A stretch of DNA of 64,000 bases from NCBI GenBank assembly GCA_963806225.1, contig CAWDXG010000004.1, forward strand, positions 768,001 through 832,000, read 5' to 3'. Positions 19,806 to 29,826 of the stretch are shown here, one piece after another. The position numbers and the translations under genes were made by a program. Source of the stretch: an uncultured delta proteobacterium (GTDB taxonomy: Bacteria; Myxococcota_A; Polyangia; Polyangiales; Polyangiaceae). Under the pieces are notes generated by a model. That model was not told the origin of the DNA and did not search any database. It saw only the letters and a list, made by a program, of their open reading frames with translations. Every line of letters starts with the position of its first letter. The first letter of the stretch is position 1.

Positions 19806-20072
19806 GCACCGGAGCCTAGCGGATCGAGCCGCGGCATTGGCCGGATTGTGGCCCTGCCTTGCACGGTCCCCGCCGAAGAAATGCCGAAAAAACGCCAAAG
19901 AGGGCGGCCAGCAAGCCCGGATGCGCGGGGCGGCCGGGCCCTGACGGCGGGCAACGTGAATCCATCGGTTTCGGCAAGGACCCAAACGGTGATAAAACCG
20001 CGCCGCCCCGGAGCGAGGCACACCCAGCGGGCGGTGGTCAGCATCCGGGGGCGGAAAGCGATAAGAGGGAAC

Positions 20073-22613
20073 ATGAGAAGGAGCACCGGTCTTTCATCCC
20101 TGTCACTGCTCGGGATCCTCGCGTTGGCAGGCACCGCCGCCGCGCAGATGCCGCCCCCGTCCCCGCCTCCGGGTCAACCCGGGCAGCCTGTGCCGCAGCC
20201 ACAGCCGCAGCCCGGCCAGCCGCAACCCGGCCAGCCCGGCATGCAGCCGGGCATGCGGCCGCCACCGGGCCAGCCTCCGATGGGGCAGCCGGCGCAGCCG
20301 GGCACGGGCGCCAGCGGCAACGCGGGCTTCTCCTTCGGTGGCCAGGGCGGCGGCTTCGGCGCCCAGGGCGAGACGAACGTGCCGCCCCCCGGCGGCGGGG
20401 AGATGAGCCCCGAAGACAAGCTGGCGTGGCGCCGTGAGTCGCTGCACCTGCAGAACTCGCTCTCGGCCTCGACCGGTCTGCTCCACATCTCCGAGGCGGG
20501 GTCTGGCGCGCCAGGCACCTTCCGGGTGTCTTTCCTGACGAGCTACTTCGGCGGTTCGGGCTTCCTGTGCGACGGGAACAATTGTCCCGAGCCGGTCGCA
20601 GGCGCCGGCGCCAGCAAGGACAGCGTCAGCCGCATCGGTGCGCACATCGGCCTTTCCGCGACGATCCTGCCGTTTTTCGAGGCCTACGCGGGGCTGCACT
20701 CCTACGCGACCTCGAACAACCAGGGCCGCCCCGAGCTGTTGCAGGTACTCGGCGACACCGACCTCGGCCTGAAGTTCTTCAACCCCAAGACGCCCGACGG
20801 GATCTTCTCGGTCGGCGGCGAGCTGCAGCTGTGGCTGCTCAACGGGACCGGCAGCGTCGGTCTGAACGGCAGCGGCACGAGCTTCGCCATCCGCGCCCTC
20901 GGCACGATGGACCTGCACAACCGCACGAACCCCGCGGATCGCATCCCGTTCAAGGCTCACCTGAACCTCGGCTACATGCTCGATAACTCGGGCAAGCTGG
21001 TCTCGGATGTCGAGGACAAGCGCGGCCGTCCGATCACCCGCATCGAGCGCTTCGGCCTCAACATCAACAAGGTGGACAGCTTCCAGATCGGCATCGGCGC
21101 CGAGGGCGTGTGGGACGTGGTGCGTCCCTTCGCCGAGTGGACGTTCGATGTGCCGGTCAATCGGCAGAACTACACCTGCAACGAGAGCCTCAGGTTCCAG
21201 GGCGACGGCTGCCTGGGTAACGACGCCGGCTTCAAGACGACGCCTTCGCGGGTCACGCTGGGCGCCAGGGTGTTCCCCTGGCTCGACGGGCTGGCGCTGA
21301 CGGCGGCCTTCGACATCGGCACCGGGGCGACCTCGCACTTCATCGAGGAGGTCTCGCCGGAGCTGCCGTGGAACCTCTACCTCGGCGTCGGCTACGCCTT
21401 CGACACGCAGAAGCCGAAGCCGATCATCAAGAAGATCCCGGTGGAGCAGCCCGCGCCGACGCCCGCGCCGACGAAGCACTTCATCGGCGGCTCGGTGGTG
21501 GAAAAGGGCAACAACAAGCCCGTTGCAGGTGCCATCCTCCACTACGACGGACGCAACCTCACCGGCATGGTCACCGCCGACGACGGCAAGTTCAAGACGA
21601 TGGATCTGCCGCCCGGGACCTACACCTTCAACATCAAGGCCGACGGCTATCGCGACGGGCAGTGCTCGGCGACGATCCCGCCCGACGCGATGGGCGGCAT
21701 GATGGGTCGCCCGGGCATGCAGCCCATGGGTCGCCCGGGCATGCAGCCGATGGGTCAGCCCGGCATGCAGCCGCCCGGTCAGCCCGGCATGCAGCCGCCC
21801 GGTCAGCCCGGCATGCAGCCCGGACAGCCCGGCATGCAGCCCGGACAGCCCGGTCAGCCCGGGCAGCCGATGCAGCCTGGCATGGTGCCGCCTGGCGGCG
21901 CGGTGTCCGGCGGCGGCGTCGGAGGTCCGGTGACTGTCAATGTGCAGTGCGAGCTCGAGGCACTGCCCAAGGTGGGCAATGTCGTCGGCACGCTGATCGA
22001 CGCGGACAGCAGCAATCCGGTCGCCAATGCCAAGGTCAAGATCACCGACAAGCTCAACCGCGAGCTGGAGCTGACCTCGGACGCCTCGGGCGCATTCCGC
22101 TTCGAGAACGTGCCGCCGGGGCCGGTGAAGATCACGGTGGACGCCGACGGGTTCCTGCCGAGCGCAACGGAGCTGGAGGTCAAGCCGCGCGAGGATGTGA
22201 AGGCGCGCATCTCGATCAACAAGCGCCCGAAGCGCCCGAACGTTGTGGTGACCTACAAGGAGCTGAAGCTCAAGAAGCGCATCCACTTCCAGCACGACTC
22301 GGCCGACGTTCTGCCCGACTCGATGTCCATCCTGCAGGAGTTGGCGGACGTGCTGAAGCACCGCACCGACATCCAGCAGGTGGAAATCCAGGGCCACACG
22401 GACAACACCGGCACGGCGCCCTACAACATGCGCCTCAGCCAGCAGCGGGCCGACGCCGTCCGCGATGCGCTGGTCAACCTCGGCGTGGAGCCGGACCGGC
22501 TCACCGCCAAGGGCTACGGCCAGACGAAGCCGCTCGTCCCGAACGTGTCGGACGCGAACCGCGCTCGCAACCGCCGCGTGCAGATCATCATCACCAAGCG
22601 CGGCAAGAAGTAG
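20073..22613 (+). CDS. OmpA-family outer-membrane protein: signal peptide, PQ-rich segment, probable beta-barrel, two carboxypeptidase-regulatory-like beta-sandwiches, OmpA_C
   Basis: Signal peptide ending AAA-Q; IQGHTDN...N..LSQQRA...GYG...P...NRRV OmpA_C motif; SD GAGGG. Confidence 0.85.
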   Translation: MRRSTGLSSLSLLGILALAGTAAAQMPPPSPPPGQPGQPVPQPQPQPGQPQPGQPGMQPGMRPPPGQPPMGQPAQPGTGASGNAGFSFGGQGGGFGAQGETNVPPPGGGEMSPEDKLAWRRESLHLQNSLSASTGLLHISEAGSGAPGTFRVSFLTSYFGGSGFLCDGNNCPEPVAGAGASKDSVSRIGAHIGLSATILPFFEAYAGLHSYATSNNQGRPELLQVLGDTDLGLKFFNPKTPDGIFSVGGELQLWLLNGTGSVGLNGSGTSFAIRALGTMDLHNRTNPADRIPFKAHLNLGYMLDNSGKLVSDVEDKRGRPITRIERFGLNINKVDSFQIGIGAEGVWDVVRPFAEWTFDVPVNRQNYTCNESLRFQGDGCLGNDAGFKTTPSRVTLGARVFPWLDGLALTAAFDIGTGATSHFIEEVSPELPWNLYLGVGYAFDTQKPKPIIKKIPVEQPAPTPAPTKHFIGGSVVEKGNNKPVAGAILHYDGRNLTGMVTADDGKFKTMDLPPGTYTFNIKADGYRDGQCSATIPPDAMGGMMGRPGMQPMGRPGMQPMGQPGMQPPGQPGMQPPGQPGMQPGQPGMQPGQPGQPGQPMQPGMVPPGGAVSGGGVGGPVTVNVQCELEALPKVGNVVGTLIDADSSNPVANAKVKITDKLNRELELTSDASGAFRFENVPPGPVKITVDADGFLPSATELEVKPREDVKARISINKRPKRPNVVVTYKELKLKKRIHFQHDSADVLPDSMSILQELADVLKHRTDIQQVEIQGHTDNTGTAPYNMRLSQQRADAVRDALVNLGVEPDRLTAKGYGQTKPLVPNVSDANRARNRRVQIIITKRGKK
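21709..21885 (+). repeat. Coding tandem repeat (PGMQP/QPG)n inside the OmpA protein
   Basis: Repeated CCCGGCATGCAGCC units with 21-, 18- and 9-nt periods. Confidence 0.85.
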
Positions 22614-22632
22614 CAACCCGGTCCGCCGGACG

Positions 22633-22672
22633 ACGGCGCGGAGCCCTCGTGGCTCTGCGCCGTTTCGTTTTT
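22633..22672 (+). terminator. Intrinsic terminator after the OmpA gene
   Basis: 13-bp stem ACGGCGCGGAGCC/GGCTCTGCGCCGT (one G-U pair) followed by TTCGTTTTT. Confidence 0.8.
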
Positions 22673-22697
22673 GTGGCGCCCTCGCGGCAAGCCGCGG

Positions 22698-23102
22698 TCA
22701 GGCGCCGTCCGGTTCGCCGCCGTCCTCGTCGTCACCCTCGCCATGAGGCTCGTGCCGGATGTCCTCGAGCAGCTCTTCGACGCGACGGGCAGCGTCGTGA
22801 CCAGTGTCGTAGTCGAAGCGCAGCTCGGGCACCCGGCGCAGCCCGAGCTCGGGCGCCACGCCACGGCGCAGGCGGCCGCCGACCCGCGACAGGCTCTGCA
22901 TCGCCGCGCGGCGCAGCTTCGGGTCGTCATCACCGACCATCAGGCGGACGCCGATATGCGCGATCCCGAGGTCATCGCTCAGCGAGACGCCCGTGATGAC
23001 CAGGGAAGCAAGCCGCTGATCCTCAATCTCGCGGATCAGCGCCCTCCCCAGATAGGCCTGTATGCGCGTAGCCACGCGCTTGGCACGACGACCGTCGCTC
23101 AT
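22698..23102 (-). CDS. rbfA: Ribosome-binding factor A
   Basis: R..RVA..I, D.RL..LVITGV.LS.DL and LRRVPELRF.YD motifs; operon position. Confidence 0.93.
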   Translation of the reverse strand: MSDGRRAKRVATRIQAYLGRALIREIEDQRLASLVITGVSLSDDLGIAHIGVRLMVGDDDPKLRRAAMQSLSRVGGRLRRGVAPELGLRRVPELRFDYDTGHDAARRVEELLEDIRHEPHGEGDDEDGGEPDGA

Positions 23103-23130
23103 TTCCGCCTTCCGCTCCGCCCCGCCCTCA

Positions 23131-23592
23131 TCACCGGCCCCTGCCCCGCGCCCGTTCGTCGAGGCGACCGTCGAACGGCGCGTCGTCTCCGAAGCCGCCG
23201 TCGAGCTCGTCCTCGCCGTCTTCCGCCATCGGGCGGCCACCGCCCTCGGCGATCTCGCTGACGAGCACGTGCTCGATGCCGCCGCGGAGTCCGCTCCCAC
23301 CCGCTCCGAACGACACGACCTCGGTGGCGATGTCCGCCACCAGCGCATCGCCCAGGCCGCCGGCAATGCTCGTCGCATGCGACAGCACCTCGCGGCAGCG
23401 CGACGCATCGCCCGACACGACACAGAGCCCCAGCGTCGCCACCTGCCGGAGCTCCACGTCCCCGACCTCGGCGACGGACACCGGCAGCCGCGCCCGCACG
23501 CGGTCCTTGAAGCTCTTGACCACGCGCCGCCGGTCCTTCAAGGACCGGGCCCCCGGGATCTGCAGCACGATACGAGCAACGCCGATGAACAT
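23131..23592 (-). CDS. DUF503 (YlxP-like) protein with an acidic C-terminal tail
   Basis: SLKDRRRVVKS..DR......VSVAEV motif; located between infB and rbfA. Confidence 0.85.
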   Translation of the reverse strand: MFIGVARIVLQIPGARSLKDRRRVVKSFKDRVRARLPVSVAEVGDVELRQVATLGLCVVSGDASRCREVLSHATSIAGGLGDALVADIATEVVSFGAGGSGLRGGIEHVLVSEIAEGGGRPMAEDGEDELDGGFGDDAPFDGRLDERARGRGR

Positions 23593-23598
23593 CGCGCG

Positions 23599-26217
23599 CT
23601 AGAGCGTCTGCTTGACCTCTTCGACCTCGAAGGCCTCGATGATATCGCCTTCCTTGATGTCGTTCTGGCCCTCGAGCGAGATGCCGCACTCGAAGCCTTC
23701 CTTGACCTCGCGGGCGTCTTCCTTGAAGCGCTTCAGGCCCTCGATCTTGCCTTCCCACACTTGCTTGCCCTCGCGGAACAGGCGGCCGCTTGCGTTGCGG
23801 CGGACCAGCCCCTCGATGACCATGCAGCCGGCAACCGTGCCCGCCTTGGAGATGCGGAACACCTGCCGGACCTCGGCCTTGCCAAGCGCCTTTTCCACCA
23901 GCTTCGGCGCCAGCATGCCCTCCATGGCCGCCTTCACGTCGTCGACAACGTTGTAGATGACGTTGTACTGGCGGATCTCGATGCTTTCCTTCTGGGCCAG
24001 GGAACTGGCCTTGCCCGCCGGGCGCACGTTGAAGCCGATGATGATGGCGCCCGCGGCGACCGCGAGGTTCACGTCGCCTTCGGTGATGGCGCCGACGGCC
24101 GCGTGCACCACGCTGACCTTGACCTTCTCGGTGCTGAGCTTCTGGAGCGACTCGGCGAGCGCTTCCACCGAGCCCTGCACGTCGGCCTTGACGATGACCT
24201 TGAGCTCGAGCTGCTCGTCTTCGCTCATGGCGCGGGCCAGGTCCTCGAGCGACATGCGCTGCGCGCCGCCGGCCGGCATCAGGCTGCGACGCTCCTTGAT
24301 CTTGCGCGTGTCCGCGATTTCCTGGGCCTTCTTCATGTCGGTGACGACATGGACGGGGTCACCCGCGGACGGCACGTCGTTCAGACCGATGACCGAGACC
24401 GGGATTGCCGGGCCGGCCGCACCGACGTTGTGCGCCTTGGCGTCCAGCATCGCACGCACCTTGCCGTAGGCGGCACCCGCGAGGATCACGTCCCCGCGAT
24501 TCAGCGTGCCTTCGGTGACGAGCACGGTCGCGACCGGGCCCTTGCCGCGGTCGAGCTGGGCTTCGACCACCACGCCGACGGCGGGCTTGTCGGGATTTGC
24601 CTTGAGGTCCAGCACCTCGGCCTGCAGCACGACCTGCTCGAGCAGCTCGTCGACGCCCTGGCGCGTGACAGCGCTGACCTCCGTGAATAGCGTGTCGCCA
24701 CCCCATTCCTCGGGCACCAGGCCAACCTCGCTGAGCTCGCGGCGCACGCGCTCGGGCTGCGCGTCCGGCTTGTCGCACTTGTTGATGGCGACCACAATCG
24801 GCACCTTCGCCGCGCGGGCGTGGTTCACCGCCTCCTTGGTCTGCGGCATCACGCCGTCGTCGGCCGCGACGACCAGGATCACGATGTCCGTGGTCTGCGC
24901 GCCGCGCGCGCGCATGGCGGTGAACGCCTCGTGACCCGGCGTGTCGAGGAAGGTGATGCGGCCGCGCGGCGTGTCGACGCTGTAGGCGCCGATGTGCTGC
25001 GTGATACCGCCGGCTTCGCCGGCCACCACGTTCGCCTTGCGGATCTGATCAAGCAGGCTCGTCTTGCCGTGGTCGACGTGACCCATCACCGTGACGACGG
25101 GCGGCCGCGGCTTCTTGTTCTCGTCCTCGTCGGTGGTTTCGAGGCCCTGGGCGGCGACGATCGCCTCCTCCTCGGTCACCGCAACGTCCTCGACCTCCCA
25201 GCCGAACTCGTTGGCGACAATCTTCGCCGTTTCGGCGTCGAGCGTGCTGTTGATGTTCACGCCGGTCATGCCGAGACGGATGAGCTTCATCAAGAGCTCG
25301 GTGGCCTTGATGCCGATCTTGCCGCCCAGCGACTGCAGCCCGACGGAGCCCTCGATCTTGACGACCTTCTTGTGGGCGGAGCGCTCCTGGGTGACCGGCT
25401 GCCCGCTGCCCTTGGGCCGGGACAGCGAGCCGATACCGCGGTGACGCATGCCGCGGCCCATGCGGACCGGACCGCCGCGATGCCGGCCGCCCATGGCGCC
25501 GGGCGCCTTGGCGTCGTACTGCACGCGCCGCGGCGTCGGACCGCCGCGTGGCTGCTGCGGCATGGGCACACCGGGGCGGCCCTCCCGAACGTCGATACCG
25601 GTCTTGGGCGGGCTCGACGGCCGCGCGGGCGGCGGAGGCGGCGGCTCGGGCTTCTTCTCCGCCGGCGCCGGGACGGGCTTGGCTGCCGCGGCGGGCTTCG
25701 CCTCGGCGGCGGGTGCCGGCTCGGGCTTCTTGTCGACCTGCGCCGGTTCGGGCGCCGCGGCGGCCGGCCTTTCGTCGGCCCTGGCGGGAGCCGGCTCCGG
25801 CTCGGCAGGCTCGGGCGCCTTGGCTACGGGAGCCGCCGGCGGCTCGGCCGCAGGTGCGGGCTTCTCGACAGCCGGTTCGGCAGCCGGTGCCGGGGCGACG
25901 GGAGCAGCCTTGGCCCGCTTCTGCACGGCGGGAGCCGGGGCCGGTTTGGCCTCCGCTGCCACTTCTTTCTCTTTCGGCGGAGCGGGCTTCTTGATCGCGC
26001 GGCGCTTGACGACCGTGGGCCGGATGCGCTCCTCGACGACTTTCTGCGCCTTCTGCTTCTCGAGGTGACGCTTGACGCGGTCGACCGCTTCAGGCGCAAC
26101 CGCGCTCATGTGATTGCGCACCTCGGAAACCCCGACAGACTGGAACAGGGCGACCAGCGCCTTGTTGTCCATGCCCAGATCGCGGGCAACCTCGTAGACA
26201 CGCACCTTGCTGCTCAT
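23599..26217 (-). CDS. infB: Translation initiation factor IF-2
   Basis: [28 protein letters not shown] and GFECG motifs. Confidence 0.98.
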   Translation of the reverse strand: MSSKVRVYEVARDLGMDNKALVALFQSVGVSEVRNHMSAVAPEAVDRVKRHLEKQKAQKVVEERIRPTVVKRRAIKKPAPPKEKEVAAEAKPAPAPAVQKRAKAAPVAPAPAAEPAVEKPAPAAEPPAAPVAKAPEPAEPEPAPARADERPAAAAPEPAQVDKKPEPAPAAEAKPAAAAKPVPAPAEKKPEPPPPPPARPSSPPKTGIDVREGRPGVPMPQQPRGGPTPRRVQYDAKAPGAMGGRHRGGPVRMGRGMRHRGIGSLSRPKGSGQPVTQERSAHKKVVKIEGSVGLQSLGGKIGIKATELLMKLIRLGMTGVNINSTLDAETAKIVANEFGWEVEDVAVTEEEAIVAAQGLETTDEDENKKPRPPVVTVMGHVDHGKTSLLDQIRKANVVAGEAGGITQHIGAYSVDTPRGRITFLDTPGHEAFTAMRARGAQTTDIVILVVAADDGVMPQTKEAVNHARAAKVPIVVAINKCDKPDAQPERVRRELSEVGLVPEEWGGDTLFTEVSAVTRQGVDELLEQVVLQAEVLDLKANPDKPAVGVVVEAQLDRGKGPVATVLVTEGTLNRGDVILAGAAYGKVRAMLDAKAHNVGAAGPAIPVSVIGLNDVPSAGDPVHVVTDMKKAQEIADTRKIKERRSLMPAGGAQRMSLEDLARAMSEDEQLELKVIVKADVQGSVEALAESLQKLSTEKVKVSVVHAAVGAITEGDVNLAVAAGAIIIGFNVRPAGKASSLAQKESIEIRQYNVIYNVVDDVKAAMEGMLAPKLVEKALGKAEVRQVFRISKAGTVAGCMVIEGLVRRNASGRLFREGKQVWEGKIEGLKRFKEDAREVKEGFECGISLEGQNDIKEGDIIEAFEVEEVKQTL

Positions 26218-26873
26218 CGAACCTCCGTGGAAACGTCCGCCCTGACGTTCCTCGAACCACTCGGCGCCGTGACATGCGCCATCTCGATCACCTTCGACAG
26301 GGCGTTGGCGAAGCCCTCGTCGAGGACCGCAACCACACCCACCTCGCTCCGGCCCACAGCACGGCCGATCGCGTCCTTGCTACCCCACGCCGCCGCGCGT
26401 CCCGCCCGCACGGCTTCCTCGACCCACGGCGTCGCAGCGGCAGCCCGCGCGTCCGTCGCAACGACGACCCGGAGTGCGCTACCAGCGATGAGCGCTTCCT
26501 TGACCGCCTCGGAACCGATCGCGAGCTGGCCGGCACGGCGGGCCGCGGAGAGCAGACCTTCAACCCGGCGGCTCGCCGCGTCGGCGAGCGCCGTCGCCAG
26601 CGCGGGCGCCGACGTGGTGACCTGCGCGCGGAAACTGCGCGCGAGCCCGCCGCGTGCGGCCCCTTCCAGGCAATCCGGGCGCGGATGCAGCCACGCGCCG
26701 CGCCCGAAAGCGCTGCCCGCGACGTCCGGCACAATCTCGCCCTCGGGACCGAGCACGACGCGGACCAGCTCGCCCTGCGGGACCTCGGCGCGGCAACCCG
26801 CGCACGTCCGCACCGGGCTCCGCCGCGGACGGCGGGCCGACGGACTCTGCTGGGTGCGGGTCGCGGCCATCAT
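26214..26873 (-). CDS. ylxR: YlxR (DUF448)-L7Ae (YlxQ) fusion RNA-binding protein
   Basis: P.RTCAGC and GRGAW...CL (YlxR), then LL..ARRAG.L..G..AV and VVATDA...IGRAVG (L7Ae). Confidence 0.85.
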   Translation of the reverse strand: MMAATRTQQSPSARRPRRSPVRTCAGCRAEVPQGELVRVVLGPEGEIVPDVAGSAFGRGAWLHPRPDCLEGAARGGLARSFRAQVTTSAPALATALADAASRRVEGLLSAARRAGQLAIGSEAVKEALIAGSALRVVVATDARAAAATPWVEEAVRAGRAAAWGSKDAIGRAVGRSEVGVVAVLDEGFANALSKVIEMAHVTAPSGSRNVRADVSTEVR

Positions 26874-26892
26874 GCCTCGTATCGTGCTCCTG

Positions 26893-28563
26893 CTACTGCT
26901 TCGCGCTCGCTTCAACCGCCGACGGAGCTTCCGCCGGCTCGGGAGCGTTGGCCTGTGCGCTGGCACGCGCCGCTTCGATCTCCGGCGCCTCGCTCTCGAG
27001 GAAGTACACCGCGCCCTGCTGCACCTGGCGTGCCTTCTTGATGCCGAGCCCGGTCTTGATGGCAAGCCGATCCGGATCCTCGCGCGACAGGTCCGCCACC
27101 GAGCGGTAGCCGGCCTCCTCGAGCAGCTGCAGCGTGCGCAATCCCACGCCGCGTACGAAGCGCAGCTTGTCGCGCTCGGTCAAGGGCTCGACGCGGCTGG
27201 AGGCCTGATCGATGCGATCCTTGCGCAGGCGCTCCATGGTCGTCTCGGCGCGCTCCTTGAGCGACTGCGCCGCTTCCGGCGTGCCGAGGCCCTGGATCGG
27301 CACCAGCTCCTCCACGGTGGCCTCGGCGATCTCCTCGAGCGCGCGGAAGCCGAGCCGGTACATGGCGCGGGCGAGATCCTCGTCCACGTCGTCGATCTCG
27401 CGCAGCGCCTGCAGCGCCTCCTCTTCCATCTGCTTGAACTTGCTCTCGCTGATGATGTCGAGCTTCCAGCCGGTGAGCTGGGAGGCGAGCCGCACGTTCT
27501 GGCCCTTGCGGCCGATGGCGAGCGAGAGCTTCTCGTCGGGCACCACCAGCTCCATGCGGTGGTCAGCCTCGTCGACGATAACCTTGTTCACCTCCGCCGG
27601 CTGGATGGCGTTGATGATATAGCGCGCCGGATCGCGGTCGAACGGCACGATGTCGATCTTCTCGCCGCGGAGCTCCTGCACCACGGCCTGCACGCGCGAG
27701 CCCTTGATGCCCACGCACGCGCCCACCGGATCCACATCCGAGTCGCGCGTCGTGACCGAGATCTTGCTGCGCGAGCCGGGCTCGCGCGCCACGCCGACGA
27801 TCTTGACGATACCCTCGTAGATCTCCGGCACCTCGGCCTCGAACAGCTTCTCCACCAGATGCGGATCGCTGCGGCTGAGGATGATCATCGGGCCGCGTGC
27901 CTCGCGGTCGATGTTCTTCACGAACGCCACGATGCGGTCGCCGGGGCGGTAGGTCTCGCGCGGCGTCTGCTCGCGGGAGGGCAGGACGCCCTCCGTCCGC
28001 CCGAGGTCCACGATGATGTTGTGGCCCTTCTCGAAGCGCCGGATGATGCCGCGGATCAGCTGACCCTGGCGGTCCTTGTACTCGTTGAAGATGATGTCGC
28101 GCTCGGCGTCGCGGACGCGCTGCAGGAGCACCTGCTTGGCCGTCTGCGCTGCGATACGGCCGAATGCGCTCCGCGCCTGCTTCATGTCCAGCACCGCGCC
28201 GAATTCCTTGTCCTGCTGGCGCGCGCGCTCGGCGTCACGCGGATGCCAGAACACCTGGAAACCGAGCTCCTCGCCGGTTTCCGCCTCCAGGCCGTGCTTG
28301 CGCGCGTCTTCCAGCGCGATCTCGCGCTCGGGCTCCTCCACCTCTTCCACGACCGTCATGTACTGGAAGAGATCGATCTGCCCCGTATCGGGGTTGAAGC
28401 GCGCCTCGAGCTCGCGCGTCGGCCCGAACGCCGCCTGCGCCGCCTTGAGGATCGCCGCCTCCATCGTCTCGATGAGGATCTGCTTGTCGATGCCCTTTTC
28501 CTGGGCAACCTGCTCGACAATGCTGCCGAGATCGATGTCGAAGCCTGCTCCGTGAGCTGCCAT
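26893..28563 (-). CDS. nusA: Transcription termination/antitermination factor NusA
   Basis: [40 protein letters not shown] motifs and C-terminal HhH repeats; alternative GTG start at 28569. Confidence 0.97.
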   Translation of the reverse strand: MAAHGAGFDIDLGSIVEQVAQEKGIDKQILIETMEAAILKAAQAAFGPTRELEARFNPDTGQIDLFQYMTVVEEVEEPEREIALEDARKHGLEAETGEELGFQVFWHPRDAERARQQDKEFGAVLDMKQARSAFGRIAAQTAKQVLLQRVRDAERDIIFNEYKDRQGQLIRGIIRRFEKGHNIIVDLGRTEGVLPSREQTPRETYRPGDRIVAFVKNIDREARGPMIILSRSDPHLVEKLFEAEVPEIYEGIVKIVGVAREPGSRSKISVTTRDSDVDPVGACVGIKGSRVQAVVQELRGEKIDIVPFDRDPARYIINAIQPAEVNKVIVDEADHRMELVVPDEKLSLAIGRKGQNVRLASQLTGWKLDIISESKFKQMEEEALQALREIDDVDEDLARAMYRLGFRALEEIAEATVEELVPIQGLGTPEAAQSLKERAETTMERLRKDRIDQASSRVEPLTERDKLRFVRGVGLRTLQLLEEAGYRSVADLSREDPDRLAIKTGLGIKKARQVQQGAVYFLESEAPEIEAARASAQANAPEPAEAPSAVEASAKQ

Positions 28564-28565
28564 GA

Positions 28566-29156
28566 TCACCTGCTCCGCTCTGGCTTGTGGGCCTTCTGCC
28601 CACTACCCGCTGATTGCCGGCGAGCCCTGGGCTTGCCGGCAGATGCCCCGCCCCGTTTCCAGTCGAACTGGAGGCGGCCGCTGTCGATGACGTCGATCTC
28701 GAGACCGAGTTCCCCCCGGTCGGTCTCGATCACGACACGGCCCTCGTCGTCGAGGCCGTGAAGGGTACCGTGCAGGACGCGCTGGCCGTCGACGACCTGG
28801 CGCAGCTTGAGCCGCGCGTTCTGTCCCGCGAAGCGCGCGTAGTCGGCTGCGCTGTACAGGGCCCGCTCGAGCCCCGGAGAGCCGACCTGCAGGCGATAGC
28901 TCTGCGGGATCGCGTCGGCCACGTCGAGCGCCGCGGACAGATCCCGCGAGATCTCCGAGCACAGGTCGATGGTGATGCCGGCGCCCGGCACCTTCGAGTC
29001 CGGCCGCTCCAGCGTGAGCTCGAGCACGCGACCGCCCGCGTCCGTACGCCAGCAGAGCTCCACTCCCTCGACACCATGCGCACGCAGCACGGGCTCGACG
29101 GCCGCGAGAACGCGGTCGCGATCGAGTCCCTTGAGCTGTTCGTGAGCGATGTTCAT
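28566..29156 (-). CDS. rimP: Ribosome maturation factor RimP
   Basis: GITID.C..ISR..SA.LD and Y.L.V.SPGLER motifs; first gene of the nusA-infB operon. Confidence 0.93.
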   Translation of the reverse strand: MNIAHEQLKGLDRDRVLAAVEPVLRAHGVEGVELCWRTDAGGRVLELTLERPDSKVPGAGITIDLCSEISRDLSAALDVADAIPQSYRLQVGSPGLERALYSAADYARFAGQNARLKLRQVVDGQRVLHGTLHGLDDEGRVVIETDRGELGLEIDVIDSGRLQFDWKRGGASAGKPRARRQSAGSGQKAHKPERSR

Positions 29157-29212
29157 GAGGATGCGAGTGCCAGATTCCGGATGGAAACCGCCCCATCGGC
29201 CGGGCGCTGGGT

Positions 29213-29244
29213 AAAAAAAAACGGACCCTGTGAAGGGGGCCCGC
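29213..29244 (-). terminator. Leader intrinsic terminator/attenuator upstream of rimP
   Basis: Minus strand GCGGGCCC-CCTTCACA-GGGTCCGT followed by a T run (9 A on +), between the promoter and the rimP start. Confidence 0.75.
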
Positions 29245-29273
29245 GAGCAGGATCCACCCGGTTGTCGGCGCGG

Positions 29274-29302
29274 ACTCTAACCGAGCAGAGCTCCCTGCGC
29301 AA
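29274..29302 (-). promoter_or_regulatory. Putative sigma70 promoter of the rimP-nusA-infB operon
   Basis: TTGCGC-N17-TAGAGT. Confidence 0.6.
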
Positions 29303-29493
29303 GCGGCCCCGCAAGGGGCGGAACCGCTCTGGATTGTGGATCAATCCCCCGCCCGCGCCAGCCCCTTCGCGGGCCATTTTCCGGCTCCTTCTGGAGGGTC
29401 CGTCGTTCCACGGCCCGGGACGGGCTCCACCGCGCGGCCCGGCCGCCCGGCACGCAACGCCACGGGAAGCGGGAGAGCGGGAAGCGCGGCGCT

Positions 29494-29692
29494 CGTGCAT
29501 TTCGACGCCGTCAGGCGTCCGGGACGGCGGAAATGCACGCGAGGCGTGCATTTCGACGCCGTCGGGCGTCCGGGACGGCAGAAATGCACGCCTCGCGTGC
29601 ATTTCGATGCCGTCGGGCGTCCGGGACGGCAGAAATGCACGCCTCGCGTGCATTTCGATGCCGTCGGGCGTCCGGGACGGCGGAAATGCACG
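29494..29692. repeat. Four tandem 46-bp palindromic units with 5-bp linkers (51-bp period), REP/BIME-like
   Basis: Units at 29494, 29545, 29596 and 29647: CGTGCATTTCGA(C/T)GCCGTC(A/G)GGCGTCCGGGACGGC(G/A)GAAATGCACG; linkers CGAGG, CCTCG, CCTCG. Confidence 0.95.
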
Positions 29693-29826
29693 CGAAGCGC
29701 CGTCGTCGTGCACTGCCCCACGCGACGCATGCGCGCGAACTCGTCCCAAGGGCCCGAAAAGCCGGCGGTCTCGCGACGGCGCTCTGGGCGCCGCGGCTGC
29801 CAGGACCTGCCCCCTTCCCTGCCCGC

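Noticed and set aside
19849..19863. sigma54-like TGGCCCTGCCTTGCA
   Set aside because: Spacing is GG-N9-GC rather than the required N10.
18921..20072. N-terminal extensions given in the ORF track (OmpA, CocE from 14087, reductase to 57441, kinase to 63975)
   Set aside because: They overlap other real genes; signal peptides, SD sites and stop/start overlaps indicate the shorter starts.
24820..28761. Long antisense ORFs (also 38297-42079, 20103-22616, 16936-19491, 33616-36144 and similar)
   Set aside because: Shadow or alternate frames of well-supported genes, expected in high-GC DNA; no recognisable motifs.
29494..29692. CRISPR array
   Set aside because: Linkers are only 5 nt and not unique, and there are no cas genes in the window.
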